64,000 nucleotides of DNA from Octopus vulgaris (lineage: Eukaryota). The stretch is taken from the NCBI GenBank assembly GCA_951406725.2, contig OX597830.1, positions 74,462,001-74,526,000 on the forward strand. The letters run 5' to 3'. Under the pieces are notes generated by a model. The model made no database searches, was not told the DNA's origin, and saw only the letters and a list, made by a program, of their open reading frames with translations. Of this stretch, positions 1 to 13,533 are shown in pieces. Made by a program: the position numbers and the translations under genes. Position 1 is the first letter of the stretch; each line of letters starts with the position of its first letter.

Positions 1-269
1 AAGAAAGATGTAGAGAAAGAGGCTGAGACCTTTCTAGGCTATTGTCGTCGGCAACAATAAAAGCAATACAGGGTATTACAAACATCAGGAGAATGTCTGC
101 CTCTATGGCGCCAGACTAACAGTGTGTGGGAGTGGGGTGGAGGGAAATTTTGAGAGGGAAAGATTGAGAGCAGAAAAAGAATGAGAAAGAAGAAGAGAGA
201 TAGACGGAGAGGGAGAGAAGGAAGGAGAGAGAGGAAGAGAGAAAAGGAGACTGATATGTAGTCTGAGAA

Positions 270-449
270 AATGTATGTGAATTTGCTAATATGTGGTTGT
301 GAGTATATATTTGTGCGTGTGTATATATATGTATATATACATAGTTATATATATACAAATATATATTTGTGCGTGTGTATATATATGTATATATACAAAG
401 ATATATATACATTGTGTAAATATATATACAAATATATATATATATATAT

Positions 450-490
<41 letters not shown>

Positions 491-545
491 AATGTATATA
501 TATATACACAATGTATATATATATATATATATATATATACACTAC

Positions 546-593
<48 letters not shown>

Positions 594-665
594 ATGTATG
601 TATGTATATGTGTATACTCACACTTGTATACACACATATGAGTGCATATATGCATGTGTGTACGT
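270..665. repeat. Compound (TA)n/(TG)n/(TATG)n microsatellite, representative of dozens of similar tracts in the window
   Basis: Direct reading; such tracts produce the YI/CV/HT dipeptide ORFs in the track. Confidence 0.97.
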
Positions 666-1173
666 ATGCACTGTGAATGCGGCAGTGTGTTATTTTCTAT
701 AGTAAAACATGGTTTAAGGTAGAAAGACTAGTTTTGCTGCTTATTTAATTGATATTCAATAGCAATATATTACGTTGTGTGAGCGATATCTAGGTCTGAT
801 GAAATGGTCTGCTTGCAGAAGGTGGAACTCAAGAATTTGGCTTCAGATTACCACTTTGGGGATATAGATAACATCAGCTGAGAGAACTAGTATTACCAGT
901 GAAGTTGGGAGTAGCTGTTTTCATGTGTATGTTTCAGTGTGTGTGTGTAGATATATGTATATATATATATATACGAGAGAGAGAGGTAGTATAGAAACTG
1001 TGTATTATATTAATGTGAGTTACAGAGAGCTTTCGACCGATAGATTGGTGGAATTTATATGTGTATGTAGATATACATAAGTGTGTGTGTGAATATTTCT
1101 GCATGTATATATGGGTATGTATATATATATGTGTGTGTGTGTATGTGTGTGTGTATGTGTGTGTGTATATATT

Positions 1174-1210
<37 letters not shown>

Positions 1211-1244
1211 GTATATGTGTATGTATATATATGTGTATGTGTGA

Positions 1245-1294
<50 letters not shown>

Positions 1295-1296
<2 letters not shown>

Positions 1297-1499
1297 CGGG
1301 AAGGTTTACGAAAATAAACAAAAGACGAAGGCAGGTGGAGTACAAACAAAAAATGTATCAGTATGGCGCTCAGGAATAGAAATAGAACAAGTCTTTTACG
1401 TTTCGAGCCTACGCTCTTCGACAGAAAGATACACAGAAAAAAACAAGGAGAGAAAAAAGGAGAGAAAAAAATGCGTGTAGGAGCTAACGATCTATCATG
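1295..1499 (-). mobile_element. Short dispersed repeat (Penelope pLTR-like / retrozyme-like) with a variant hammerhead fold, copy 1
   Basis: Similar to 41180-41390 (-) and 47465-47582 (+); related 3' parts at 10021-10119 and 22692-22792; flanked by microsatellites. Confidence 0.7.
1392..1429 (-). ncRNA. Minimal type-I hammerhead-like motif with A6U core variant
   Basis: Minus strand reads TCTTT-CTGTCGA-A-GAGC(GTAG)GCTC-GAA-ACGT-A-AAAGA: perfect 5-bp stem I, 4-bp stem II, palindromic ACGT stem III, GUA cleavage triplet. Confidence 0.6.
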
Positions 1500-1571
<72 letters not shown>

Positions 1572-1574
<3 letters not shown>

Positions 1575-2003
1575 AAACTCTACTCTCTCCTGCGCAGCCG
1601 CGAGCGGTACATCATTTGTACGATGTGGAGAATATACCGCCAGCATTGCCCAAACGACCTGAAAATTAGTTTCAAGGTTCATCCAAGGCTGGGACCACGG
1701 CCTATACGTCTCCTGCTCAATTCAGGATCACACCATATAGGTACACTGCGACACAATTTCTTTTCCTCAACATGCCCTATCCCATCACCTTTAAACGGAG
1801 TCTGGACAGATTTTTTTCAAGGAATACCGGATAACCCACCTATACGTGGATGCAACTCACTCAACACGAACTCACTACTTGAATGGATCATAAACGAAAC
1901 TTAACTTAAACTAGATTTAGATAATCCTATCAGGTGGTGCTATTAAGTTAGACATGGCCTGGACGAATCTTTGGTCGAAATATATCTAAGTTTATCTAAG
2001 TTT
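1572..2003 (+). mobile_element. 5'-truncated CR1-group LINE, 3' end
   Basis: LKLYSLLRSRERYIICTMWRIYRQ...HPRLGPR C-terminal ORF2 peptide; 3' UTR with TATCTAAGT tandem tail; same family as 31818-32346. Confidence 0.85.
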
Positions 2004-2314
2004 ATATATATCAATGAAGAAAATTACGAATTTGCGATAAGAAGAAGAAATCTGTCATTTGCTGCGGAAGGGAGATATATCGACATATGAATAATGAACA
2101 TCACGTGTCTGATTGAAAGCACGTAGAGTAGAGAATAAGGTCAACATGTGTGGAAATGTGTTAGGGTGTGCGGCATAGAACTAATGTGAGAGAGATACTA
2201 TAAACAAAGAGTTAGACGTTAAATTATTGTAGGGTTAAAGGGAATTGCGCTGCAAGTGGCATAGAACGCAAATGATGCGCACACAAACACAGTCACACAC
2301 GTACACACACACAC

Positions 2315-2384
<70 letters not shown>

Positions 2385-2389
<5 letters not shown>

Positions 2390-2650
2390 AACCTCCCGTC
2401 GAAGGCAACGTATAAGTGCTCAGCTTTTGCGGAACGACCTGCACAAATGATTTGTTTATAGTGATCAAATGTTCGTGCCAAACATTTGCTCATTCCCACC
2501 ATCAAATCCACGTTGCCTAAATAGGTGCGTGGTGTACCACGCTTTAGATGCCGAAGTATGTTGCTGAAGAATACAACGCACTATCTTGTCTAGGAATTGA
2601 AACCATGATCTCTCGATCATGAGTGCAACACCTTAACTATTAGTCATGTG
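2385..2650 (-). mobile_element. Degenerate tRNA-derived SINE
   Basis: Minus-strand head CACATGACTAATAGTTAAGGTGTTGCACTCATGATCG...GGTTTCAATTCC has A/B-box-like motifs and resembles the heads at 23467 and 33629. Confidence 0.6.
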
Positions 2651-2999
2651 TATACATGCATACACGTACATTAGTATATGTATGTGTACAATATTATGTG
2701 AGAGTGTATCCATTTGAACTATAAACGCTCACACGTGATTTTTATCTGTGCAAAAACAAACAAAAACTAATAAAGCGAGAATACCATACATGTAGCGTTT
2801 ACATCTATTAAGGAACATTCTTTTCACAAGACTTTCTGGATTTTGCGGATGAACGTCAGTAATAGCAGAAAGAGTGATTCACGCAGTTCGCTTTCAATAT
2901 CGTTTTTATTGATTACAGTTGAAAGCACGATCGGATTTGTCGCTTTCGTTTCCTATTTCAGGAGAGTCACCCTTTCTAAAGAATTCTTGTACTTAGGAA

Positions 3000-3850
3000 C
3001 TTTAACAACTCTGGTCTAAATTCAAAGGAATTATACGAAACAATCAACAAACATTTTCAAGAACACTTTGTTTCAAGATCTCCAGTCATTTAGATCTATA
3101 GATCTGTATCTCTGTCACAATAAATCTGGAACTCGAAGGGACAAGGCCCGACATGTCCTCTAATAATGTGAAGCATTGTCGAGAGATCTGCTTCCTATTT
3201 CAACCAGTATTGGAGATCTTTAAATTTTCTGTGATATCTCTTATCCGGAAATCAGAATACGTGTGCAATTGTGAAGACTGACGAAGATTCCTTTTGGAGT
3301 ACTTCAAGCCAGACAAATACCGAAATCCCTGAAATTGGTTTTACCCAGTTTACGTCAAAATCATTCTCTAATTCCTCTTTACGGTGGTAACTGAAGATTC
3401 AATTACATTCTTTTAAACTACTACAGAACAAGAATAAAGGAACATATAATGCAGCAATAATTCCATTCATGTGACTTACTTAACTCCTGAGAACTGACCT
3501 TCAAATTCCCCGACATATTTTATATTCATTCATAACGCCTGAAATCTAACACGTGTACCCAACTATTTTGGAGCTGCTCTGCAGCATCAGCTGCTTTACA
3601 TTGGGGATTATTTTCACCAACTCACTTGATAACCTTCAAGATATCTGTTAGGGGGTCCTTGTTGATCTGAATGTGTTCGTGTTGATTGCTTTACTTTGCT
3701 GGTGAATTGTACGACCACTATGTTGACTGTGGCAAGAGGAATCCCAAGATTTTGTAACAATGTTATTATGGCTAAGTGCTTCCTCAGATTGAACTGCAAT
3801 ATGCTTTTTTGAAACCAGATAGCTGTTTCACTTCCGGTATTCTCGGTATT
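3000..3850 (-). pseudogene. Highly degenerate Tc1-like transposase remnant
   Basis: Minus-strand peptides QNLGIPLATVNIVVVQF...GPPNRYL and NPQCKAADAAEQLQ resemble Tc1 N-terminal HTH regions; many stops and frameshifts; boundaries approximate. Confidence 0.45.
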
Positions 3851-4899
3851 GCTAGTTGCTCGAAATAATTAATACACTATAATCTGAAAAACAAGAAAAA
3901 CATTAACATAGCACCAGGTAGCCTCCGCAGAGAGAAAACGGTATTCTACCCTTGAGATGTCTTGTTTATATATGTACATGTGTGTTTGTATGTGTGCATA
4001 GAGAGAAAGAAGGAGGAGAGAGAAAGAGAAATAGAGAGTGAGTGAGTGAGAAAGCAAGGCTGATAAACAGGTACAGAAATAAATTGATTAATGTTCATGC
4101 GTGTTTTAGGATTTATGATTAAAGCTGGGGGGAGATTTTCTGATAAAAATACAGTCATCCACTAAGCTTGCGCCCTTGTGGAAAATCTAATTTTCATATT
4201 TGAACTTTTGACGATTCCAGATTAATTAAACACTGTTATTGCTGTTGTGGAATCGCCTCTAAATAATTTTAGTTTCTAGCATCAAAAATATACATTGGGG
4301 GTATAGGCAAAGCATAGTTTAAATTCATATACAACACCTGGTGGATTCTTGAAACAGACAACAACTCTAAAAGCAGTAGATTTGTGACTATAACAATTTC
4401 CCCAGCAAATTTTGCCGTCACGGAATAATTCGGCAATTATAATTTTATGGTTTTAATCTTTATTAACATTCATGGTTGGTTCAACCTGGAATACAAAATA
4501 GTACTATTCAAGTCATTATTCAATCTGGTAATATTTGAAATCGTGACTCCAACGAAATCTATATCATTAGAAATACGCGCATTCGAAATTGTGTGGATTT
4601 ACTTATAGATATATATGTGTATATAATATCTACACACACACACACAATTATATTTTATTTAAATTTCATGATATGCAACATAATGTTACGTAGGCTCGTA
4701 AATGCACCTAGCTCCTCAAGTGATCAACAAGAGATGAGCCTAATTCAAGATGGAGCCTAGTGAAGCGGCTATTAAATAATACGCATGACTCTTACAAAAT
4801 GTGTTAAATGCCGCTTACTTTCGGTTGTCCACTAACTCGTATATACATATACATGTACACAATATACATACATACAAATGTATATGTAGATAGATAGAT

Positions 4900-4990
<91 letters not shown>

Positions 4991-5266
4991 GTAGTCTGGA
5001 ACAACCAAATCTTAGTCAGTCAGTTGATGGGCTCCACTACCTCAAATGTTCTTAACATTTAAATCCACATCTTTGTCTATATATCTACTTTCTCTATAAT
5101 GTAGCCACTTGATATGAAAATTTTTGTATTAATGGAAAACCTCATAATTGGCTGATGAGTGCTCAGCATTTTAAAACTGTTGTAATACTTACAACATTTA
5201 ATAAAATGATGTAGTACAAAACGACCGTACCAAATTACCGGAGTCATACTTGTTGCTTATTTTGAT

Positions 5267-5299
<33 letters not shown>

Positions 5300-5926
5300 C
5301 GAGAGCGAGAGACATGCACATACACATGTATGTTTAGCGTGCACTTTAGTCTTGTTGTTGGTTTATGTTTAATGTTTGTATTGATTTTCAGATGTAGACA
5401 AGATCTGCGTCCGGTGGAAATACGATCCATCTTTCAAGACCTGATCCATTTTCATTTCAAATTTTTCTCCCAACCTTCATATATTTCCCTTATTCTATTC
5501 TTTAATAATTTTTTTTTAAATGTTCTTATTATTTTCTGACACTTTCTATCTCTTAATTTTCTTTATTTTTGCTTGTTATTTTCCTTATTTAGTTTATATT
5601 TTCTCTTCATTGTCCTCATCGTCGTGGTTACGATTATCATCATCATCATCTCCATCGTCATCGACGTTATAAATTTTCGCTACCTTCGTTACAGATTTCT
5701 TTACCTCCGTAAACCATATATGTTTGTATGCGTGCGTGTGTACGCGCATGTGTATACACACACATACTAACAAACACACACACACATATTTATCTTCTTT
5801 TCTATTTTATTTCCAGACCTGAAATCGTTTAACTATTGTCTTGCTGGAAATTGAATAAATAATACATTTGATAAGAAAGTAAATAAACATAGCGTTTTAA
5901 ATCCCTCAAGTATAAAACCAAACAAT

Positions 5927-5992
<66 letters not shown>

Positions 5993-6201
5993 TATATATA
6001 TAGATGTATTTATGTATGTATATACATATATGCATATATATATATGTGTGTATATATATGAATATATATATACATCTATATATATGCATATATGCATATG
6101 TATATGTATATATGAATATATATATATATATATATATATCTATATGTAAATATATATATATGCATATATATTTATATATATATATATACATATATATATA
6201 G

Positions 6202-6254
<53 letters not shown>

Positions 6255-6429
6255 TATATATATTTAAAGATATATATACAATCATACGGATATATAGAGG
6301 AAAATATATTCACAACAAATGCAAGCATACACTCTCCCACACGAGCCCACATACTGTACGCATGTGCCCACACTCGCACACACAGAGTAATATTAATTAT
6401 TGTAAACATCAGGGAGATGAGTATTATGA

Positions 6430-6627
6430 TCCTGAAAATGATAATTATGGTGATGATAAAGACAATGAAGAGGGAAACGATGGTCATGACGACGGCGACG
6501 ACGACGATGACGATGATGATAACAAGCATGATGATGATGATGATAATGATGATGATGATGATGATGACAAATATGATGATGATGACGAGGAGGATGACGA
6601 ATACGATGATGATGATGCGGATGATGC

Positions 6628-6688
<61 letters not shown>

Positions 6689-6995
6689 CACGACGATCAC
6701 AACAATAACAACACCAGCAATGACAGCAGCATTGAAAGAATTATGAAAATATTATAACAATGGACAAATAGTGCCGAGAGGGATGTAGGAAGAAGAAGGA
6801 GAAGATGAAGATGAAAAAGAAGAAGAAGAAGAAGAAGAAGAAGAAGAAGAAGATGAAGAAGAAGATGAAGAAGAAGAAGAAGAAGAAGAAGAAGAAGAAG
6901 AAGAAGAAGATGGTGATGATGATGATGATGAAGACGAAAAAGAAGAAGAAAGAGCAGAGGTATGAGGGGGAAGGCGAAGAAGAGGAAGAATAAGA
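6430..6995. repeat. (GAT)n tract followed by (GAA)n tract
   Basis: Direct reading. Confidence 0.95.
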
Positions 6996-7304
6996 TAAGA
7001 TACTAGAAAAGAAGGAAGTGTTAAAGAAGTTGATTTAAGCACACTAGAAAGAGGATATTTCAAACAAGGACATTTCAAACAAATAACAGCATACGAAGGA
7101 GAAGAAGATGAAGACAAAGAAAGAGAGAGAAGAAAAAAAAATCAAATAGAAAAATAAAATTTAAAAACAAAACAATTTTTTTGAAAAAAATAAATACGTA
7201 CATATAAATATAAATATAAATAAAAACAACCTTGATAGTTGAACCGTAAAATTGAAATTTAAAATCCTTTTATCACCGATGTATTGGGTTGATTGGATGT
7301 ATTT

Positions 7305-7552
<248 letters not shown>

Positions 7553-8064
7553 GTTTTACACAACTAAACTATTATTCTTTTGTATCAGTCTCAAGCAAAG
7601 CAGAAAATTTCTCTCATTAGAATTAGTAATTTTTTTTTTCAATATTTTAAGAATTTTTTTTTTTTTTTTTAGTTTTCATTGTAATCTACGTTCGCCTCAT
7701 TACACAACAGAGCTCGCTTACCGACGTCATTAGCTGTATGTTGAAAAATTAAACATTTTATTCAAAAGACTTAGAATCAGTCATTGGAAAAGAGCGAGAA
7801 ATTGTCTTATGAATACAAGTCACAAACAAACATATTAACTGATCGATAGTTTAGCCAAGTTGAAGAGCGTCGTGTTGACAAATATGGTGATAGGAAAAAA
7901 ATTGCCTTATAGTATTTAGTTTCGTCTCTTTAATTTTTGAGCACGTCTGGATAGGTTCTATTCCCAATTCTTCTAATTTTGTCTTTTGCTTTATTATTTA
8001 TTATTGTTGTTTTCCTGACACGCTCATTGAAGAAATAAATGTATTATTTGTTGTACATTGGGAT

Positions 8065-8470
8065 AAGGCAGTAACTTGTAATGTTGTTAGCATGCCAATA
8101 ATTCCGTTTATACGTTCTGAGTTCAAATTCCGCATTAATCGATTTTGACTTTCATCCTTTCAGGGTCGATAAGTGCTAGTTGCGCCTTGGAGTTGACTTA
8201 ACCGACTAGCCTCATCACAGAAAATTTCACCCCTTGTTCTAATAGCAGAAAGGGTTATTTTGTTTATAAATTAGGATAAAATATTAGCTGGCAGAATCAT
8301 TAGTGCATTGGACAAAATACTTCGCAGCATTATTCCGCATGTTTGCATTACGAGTTCAAATCCCTCCAAAGTCTTTCTTTCTTTTTTTCCTTTCAGACTA
8401 CGTAAAATAACATAGCTTCTAGGCACTGGAGTCCATGTAATCAACTCGCCCCCTCTCTGAAAATTACTGA
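8065..8470 (+). mobile_element. Two degenerate tandem copies of SINE family A
   Basis: GTTCTGAGTTCAAATTCC...CTTTCATCCTTTCAGGGTCGATAA and GCTGGCAGAATCATTAG motifs shared with 17962-18195. Confidence 0.75.
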
Positions 8471-9678
8471 ATTTGAGGGATATCACAATGGACCAACTGA
8501 CGTTGCGATATTGCTTTGAAAATGCTGCGATCACGGTCATTTATACACCACTGAATGCAAGTAACGAAGCTTATGAATCGTGGGACACAAGAAAAAATAA
8601 TTTTTAAATCGGGATTAATTGAATCATCTGATCTTCCTTCCATCCGTTCTTCATTTCTTGAGCCTTGAACACTTGGCGGAGTTGCAACATTGATTGACCA
8701 CTAAGACGAACTACAGTTGACAGATATTATAAAGATTTCACTTTGTCGGGGAGAAAAAGAAAGGAACAAAATAAAAACGAAAGACAAAGGCAGAAAGAGA
8801 AACAGAAGCAGAGAAAAATTAGAAAAAAGGAGAAAAAATAATAATCGACTATACTAGAGAAATGGTACTTTATCGATCCTGAAGAACCAAGAGAAACGAT
8901 GATATGGGTTCCGGAACGAATAACAGATGGTGTTCCCTCTGCCTCTCTGTCGTTCATAAACAAGCGTTTTTCCTACCAATGTGAGACACCAATATTTTGC
9001 AAACACTATTGTTTAAAACACGTTGATGAAAACTTAGTTCTTTTTATCTTTCTAAGTTCGATGATAATCAAACGGTAGGACGTTTAAACATTTGAAGCTG
9101 CACGATATGCTTTAGCGGGTGCGATTTCGTTTGGCTATAGTCATAGACTATAGCGGCCACATGATTTGGGTAGAAGCATCGTAACTTTTAGAGTTAAACA
9201 CTAAACCTTGTGATCAGCGGCTTTTAAGTCTTCTAGTAGATGGTCCAACAAAATCGTACCCACTGAAATGTATTGGCTCATTCAAAAGTTTAAGAGACTA
9301 AACTGCTCTTCAAAACTATAACGCCAGAGTACTGTCTGTTCGTTTTTTCCAGCGAATTATAGTATCCAAACCCATAAAACTCACCCCTAAATACGAAATG
9401 TAATAGAAGATATTGCAATATTCAAATTTATTGAAGTCCAAAGATAATAATTCAAAGAAACATACAGATCCAGAAATCCCCTGTTCAAGGCAATAAAGCC
9501 AGTTTGAAAAATAATGCAAAAATGATGCAAAACAGCAGAAAAATTATGATATATTTCAATGATATTCTCTAGCAATACATCAACAATAGTGTATTTGTCT
9601 ATCACATATCTGAATTACTTCGAAGATGCGCGAGTGCGTAGTCTGTGTGTACTTGTTTCTGTGTTTGTATTTGTGTGT

Positions 9679-9743
<65 letters not shown>

Positions 9744-10020
9744 TGTGCGTGAGTCGTTGACCGGGATATACGCATGTCCGCAAAAAAAAAAAAGAGAAAA
9801 TAATGAACGAAATAAATAATGGCCAAGGACATCTCTTCTTGAAATTTAACATTGTTATAGATATATGATATCTTCTTCGTTGTTTTAGGTATCGTTAGAT
9901 TTAGATAGAACGGGAAGAGGGCAAAATCCTTATTACTTCTTGTTTAGCCCAAGTGGGTGTCTGAACTTAAAAATGATCTTGTTCAAGGTATCAGATGCTT
10001 ATTTAGGAATATATATATAT

Positions 10021-10114
10021 ACCCTCCTTCTTCCCTTCTTTCCTGAGCGTCCAATAATACTTTATTTGTTCCACATCCTTGCGTTGTTGTCTTTTTGTTT
10101 TCTTGTTTGGATTA

Positions 10115-10119
<5 letters not shown>
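10021..10119 (+). repeat. Fragment related to the 3' part of the HHR-like repeat family; second copy at 22692-22792
   Basis: Near-identical CCTGAGCGTCCAATAATACTTTATTTGTTCCAC...TTGGATTAACTT at both loci, each followed by (TA)n. Confidence 0.8.
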
Positions 10120-10193
<74 letters not shown>

Positions 10194-10217
10194 GCATACA
10201 TACATACATGCATACAT

Positions 10218-10248
<31 letters not shown>

Positions 10249-10274
10249 CATGCATACATACATACATACATACA

Positions 10275-10327
<53 letters not shown>

Positions 10328-10534
10328 ATACCAATATAATATATATTAATTGTTATCGCCATATTAATATGGCATTCATATAGATATAAGAATAATCGCT
10401 GCCGCTGGTCAGCTCCATGAGGCCACCACCTTAAGATAGCTATTATATTATATTATATTATATTATGGCGATAACAATTAATTTCCAGTAAACGCTGCCG
10501 TAATCTCTTTTATAGAGACTTAGTAATTTTAATA

Positions 10535-10637
<103 letters not shown>

Positions 10638-10645
10638 TACACACA

Positions 10646-11190
10646 CTTGTCCAGCCCCATGCTCATTCCAATGTAGTTGCTGAAACTCTGAACAATTTTG
10701 ATAAGATTTCTTTGTTCCATAGTGCTTTTAACTTAAAGTTTTAGGTCATCCATGTACAGGAGATGGTTTAATTTTTGTCCGTCGCACCTATAAGCTGTGG
10801 TGGTTAAGTTTAACAAGTTTGATAGCGGTGTCAGAGAAAGGCAGAAAAGTAGGGGTGACAGTGAGTCTCCCTGGAAAATCCCACTTCTTACTGGTATATT
10901 ATAGGTTTCCATAGCCTGTGAGCCATTAGTTAATGTTATACTTGTTTTCCAGTTAGCCACTGCATGTTAAATATATTTTTTAGTGGTCGGGCTGTCTTAT
11001 TTGTGTGGAGAGATTTTTAGTATCTATGGATGTGGAACACTGTCGAATGTTTTCTGGTAATCAATCCAAGTCATGTTCAGGTTTGTCTTTCTCCTCTTAC
11101 AGTTCTCTATAATCGTTCGGTTTAGCAGAAGTAGCTCCTTACATCCATACATCCCTCTCCGGCACTCTTTTTGTTCTTCTGGTAAGACAT
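10646..11190 (-). mobile_element. R4/Dong-clade non-LTR retrotransposon, reverse transcriptase fragment
   Basis: GCKELLL, WIDYQKTFDSVPH, GIFQGDSLSPLLF, NHLLYMDDLKL and [10 protein letters not shown] motifs, with stops and frameshifts. Confidence 0.9.
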
Positions 11191-11194
11191 ATCA

Positions 11195-11373
11195 TCATAT
11201 CGTCAGCCACTAAGTGACATGCTCAGCTGATTAAGGTCAAGCAACTGACAAGCAAATCTAAGATATTGAGCAGAATATTTGAATATTTGCTGTAACCCAT
11301 CTTTTATACCAAGACAAATCATGTACATTATAACACTTCTAATCAGTTGAGATCCGAAGCCATGAGAGCCACT
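11195..11373 (-). repeat. Partial copy of ~500-bp repeat X
   Basis: Matches 12197-12330 (CATATCGTCAGCCACTAAG...ATACCAAGACAAA). Confidence 0.85.
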
Positions 11374-11377
11374 GTTT

Positions 11378-11787
11378 GTTACTATATTAGAGCTTAGCGG
11401 CATTTCGCCCGTCTTTACATTCTGAGTTCAAATTCCACAGAGGTCGACTTTGCTTTCCATTTTCTCGGAGTCGATAAATTAATTACCAATGAAACACTGG
11501 GGTTTATGTAATCAACTAGTCCCCTCCCCAATGTTTCAAGCTATGTGCCTATAGTAGAAAGGATTATTACTATTATAAAGCAGCAAGCTGGCAGGAGCGT
11601 TAGTACGCTGGACGAAATGCTTTGCGGTATTTCACCCGTCACTACGTTCTGAGTTCAAATTCCGCCGAGGTCAACTTTACTTTTCATCCTTCTGGGGTCG
11701 ATAAATTAAGAACTAGTGAAACACGGGGGTCAAAGTAATCAACTTAATCCCCTCTCGCAAACTGCCCTTGTTGCAAAAATTTAAAAT
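11378..11787 (+). mobile_element. Two tandem SINE family A copies with (TTA)n tails
   Basis: GCTGGCAG..GTTAG..GAGTTCAAATTCCGCCGAGGTCAACTTT...GGGGTCGATAAATTAAG. Confidence 0.88.
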
Positions 11788-11789
11788 CA

Positions 11790-11832
<43 letters not shown>

Positions 11833-11833
<1 letters not shown>

Positions 11834-12330
11834 GAGTGAGAGAGCAGTTCATGCCATCAAAGTGACACTGGGGTAAAATATACGAAGCCCAATATACCCA
11901 TCATGACTACCCGTCTGATAAAGGTACACCAGGCACATGCATCACAACCATATGTGCGCGACATGGTGATCTCATATCAAGATAAACAGCACATGACCTT
12001 GCAGGTGGGGCCCAGTTAGAATTTTCTTCAGGTTGAGTAGCCCATCCCGCTCAAACGGTCCCTGAATAAGGGTTGTTTAAGGATGTTGAAAGAACCACCC
12101 ATGTTTCCAGAGGTGAACTATTCAAACCCCAAAGAATCCCTCTCACCACATGGCTATGATGCTCCCCCACTACTTCTGCTCGTGATCAGAGATGCACATA
12201 TCGTCAGCCACTAAGGGACATGCTCAACTGGTTAAGGTCAAACAACTGACAAGCAAATCTGTGGTATTGAGCAGAATATTTGCTGTAGCCCATCTTTTAT
12301 ACCAAGACAAAACAATGTACATGATAACAC

Positions 12331-12331
<1 letters not shown>
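11833..12331 (-). mobile_element. Repeat X: non-coding retroposon-like element embedded in (TAA)n
   Basis: Four copies in the window (11195, 11833, 57044, 57784); the minus strand ends CTCTCTCACTC-AATAATAAT; strand inferred from this tail. Confidence 0.75.
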
Positions 12332-12370
<39 letters not shown>

Positions 12371-12984
12371 ATTATTATTATTATTATTATTATCATTAGT
12401 AGTAGTAGTAGTAGTAGTAGTAGTAGCAGAAATGTATGTAAGCTTTATTATGCATTATATTTTATTGAAAACATTCCAAAACCCTACTTATAGATATTTA
12501 GTTTTTCCTGCAAAACGATGAACATCAGAGTAGACACAGTGGGATATATTGAACTAAGAAACGACATCACTAATTACTATGAAGTACATCTTGCCAAATC
12601 ACCTCCTCCCTCAAGCGATGTATAAAATGCTGACAGCAGAACAGAGGCTTGTATTTTGGGGAAGCTTTTTTGTGGACTCAGTCAATACTGTTGGTTTACT
12701 GGTACATTGTTTTCGACACAGTAATTGCAGTGGGTCAAGTTATCCTTAAGCCAAGGTAAGGAGATTTAGAACAACAGCTGTACAATACTGATGTGTGTTT
12801 AGACCCATTTTTTTCTATTTTACATTTATCTTTTACCCATTACTTGTTTCAGTTATTAGACTGCGGACAGGCTGCGGAAACTGCAACCATGCACAAAAAA
12901 CAAACATGTATATATATACATATGTGTGTGTATGTGTGTGTGTGTGTGTCTGTGTGTGTGTGTCTGTGTGTGTGCACGTGTGTG

Positions 12985-12989
<5 letters not shown>

Positions 12990-13078
<89 letters not shown>

Positions 13079-13122
13079 TAATAATAATGATAATAATAAT
13101 AATAATAACAATAATAATAATG

Positions 13123-13218
<96 letters not shown>

Positions 13219-13220
13219 GT
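12990..13220. repeat. (AAT)n microsatellite
   Basis: Direct reading. Confidence 0.97.
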
Positions 13221-13289
13221 AGTAGAGAATCTGATTCCAAACTTACAGGGAAAAATCCAATTTAGTAATACTAAATCAAATTTCACAAT

Positions 13290-13533
13290 ATATAACACAT
13301 GTATATAAATTAGAGAACCACCATGTAGCAATTCAAAAATGATATACTTAAATCATAGAATATAGAAAAAATTAATGATTCGATAAAAAATTTACCTCTA
13401 CTTATTTATCATTCCGTACTTTATTTAGTTCTAGGTAAATGTTTTATCGTATCTTTAATTTTTTTCTATATGCTATGATTTAAGTATATCATTGTTGAAT
13501 TGCTACATGGTGATTCTTCTCTAAATTATATAC

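Noticed and set aside
796-830. CTGATGA motif
   Set aside because: No GAAA, stem III or stem I in the required arrangement
5148-5190. CTGATGA-GTGCTCAGCAT hairpin
   Set aside because: GAAA is replaced by TAAA with wrong spacing and there is no stem I; at best a decayed HHR
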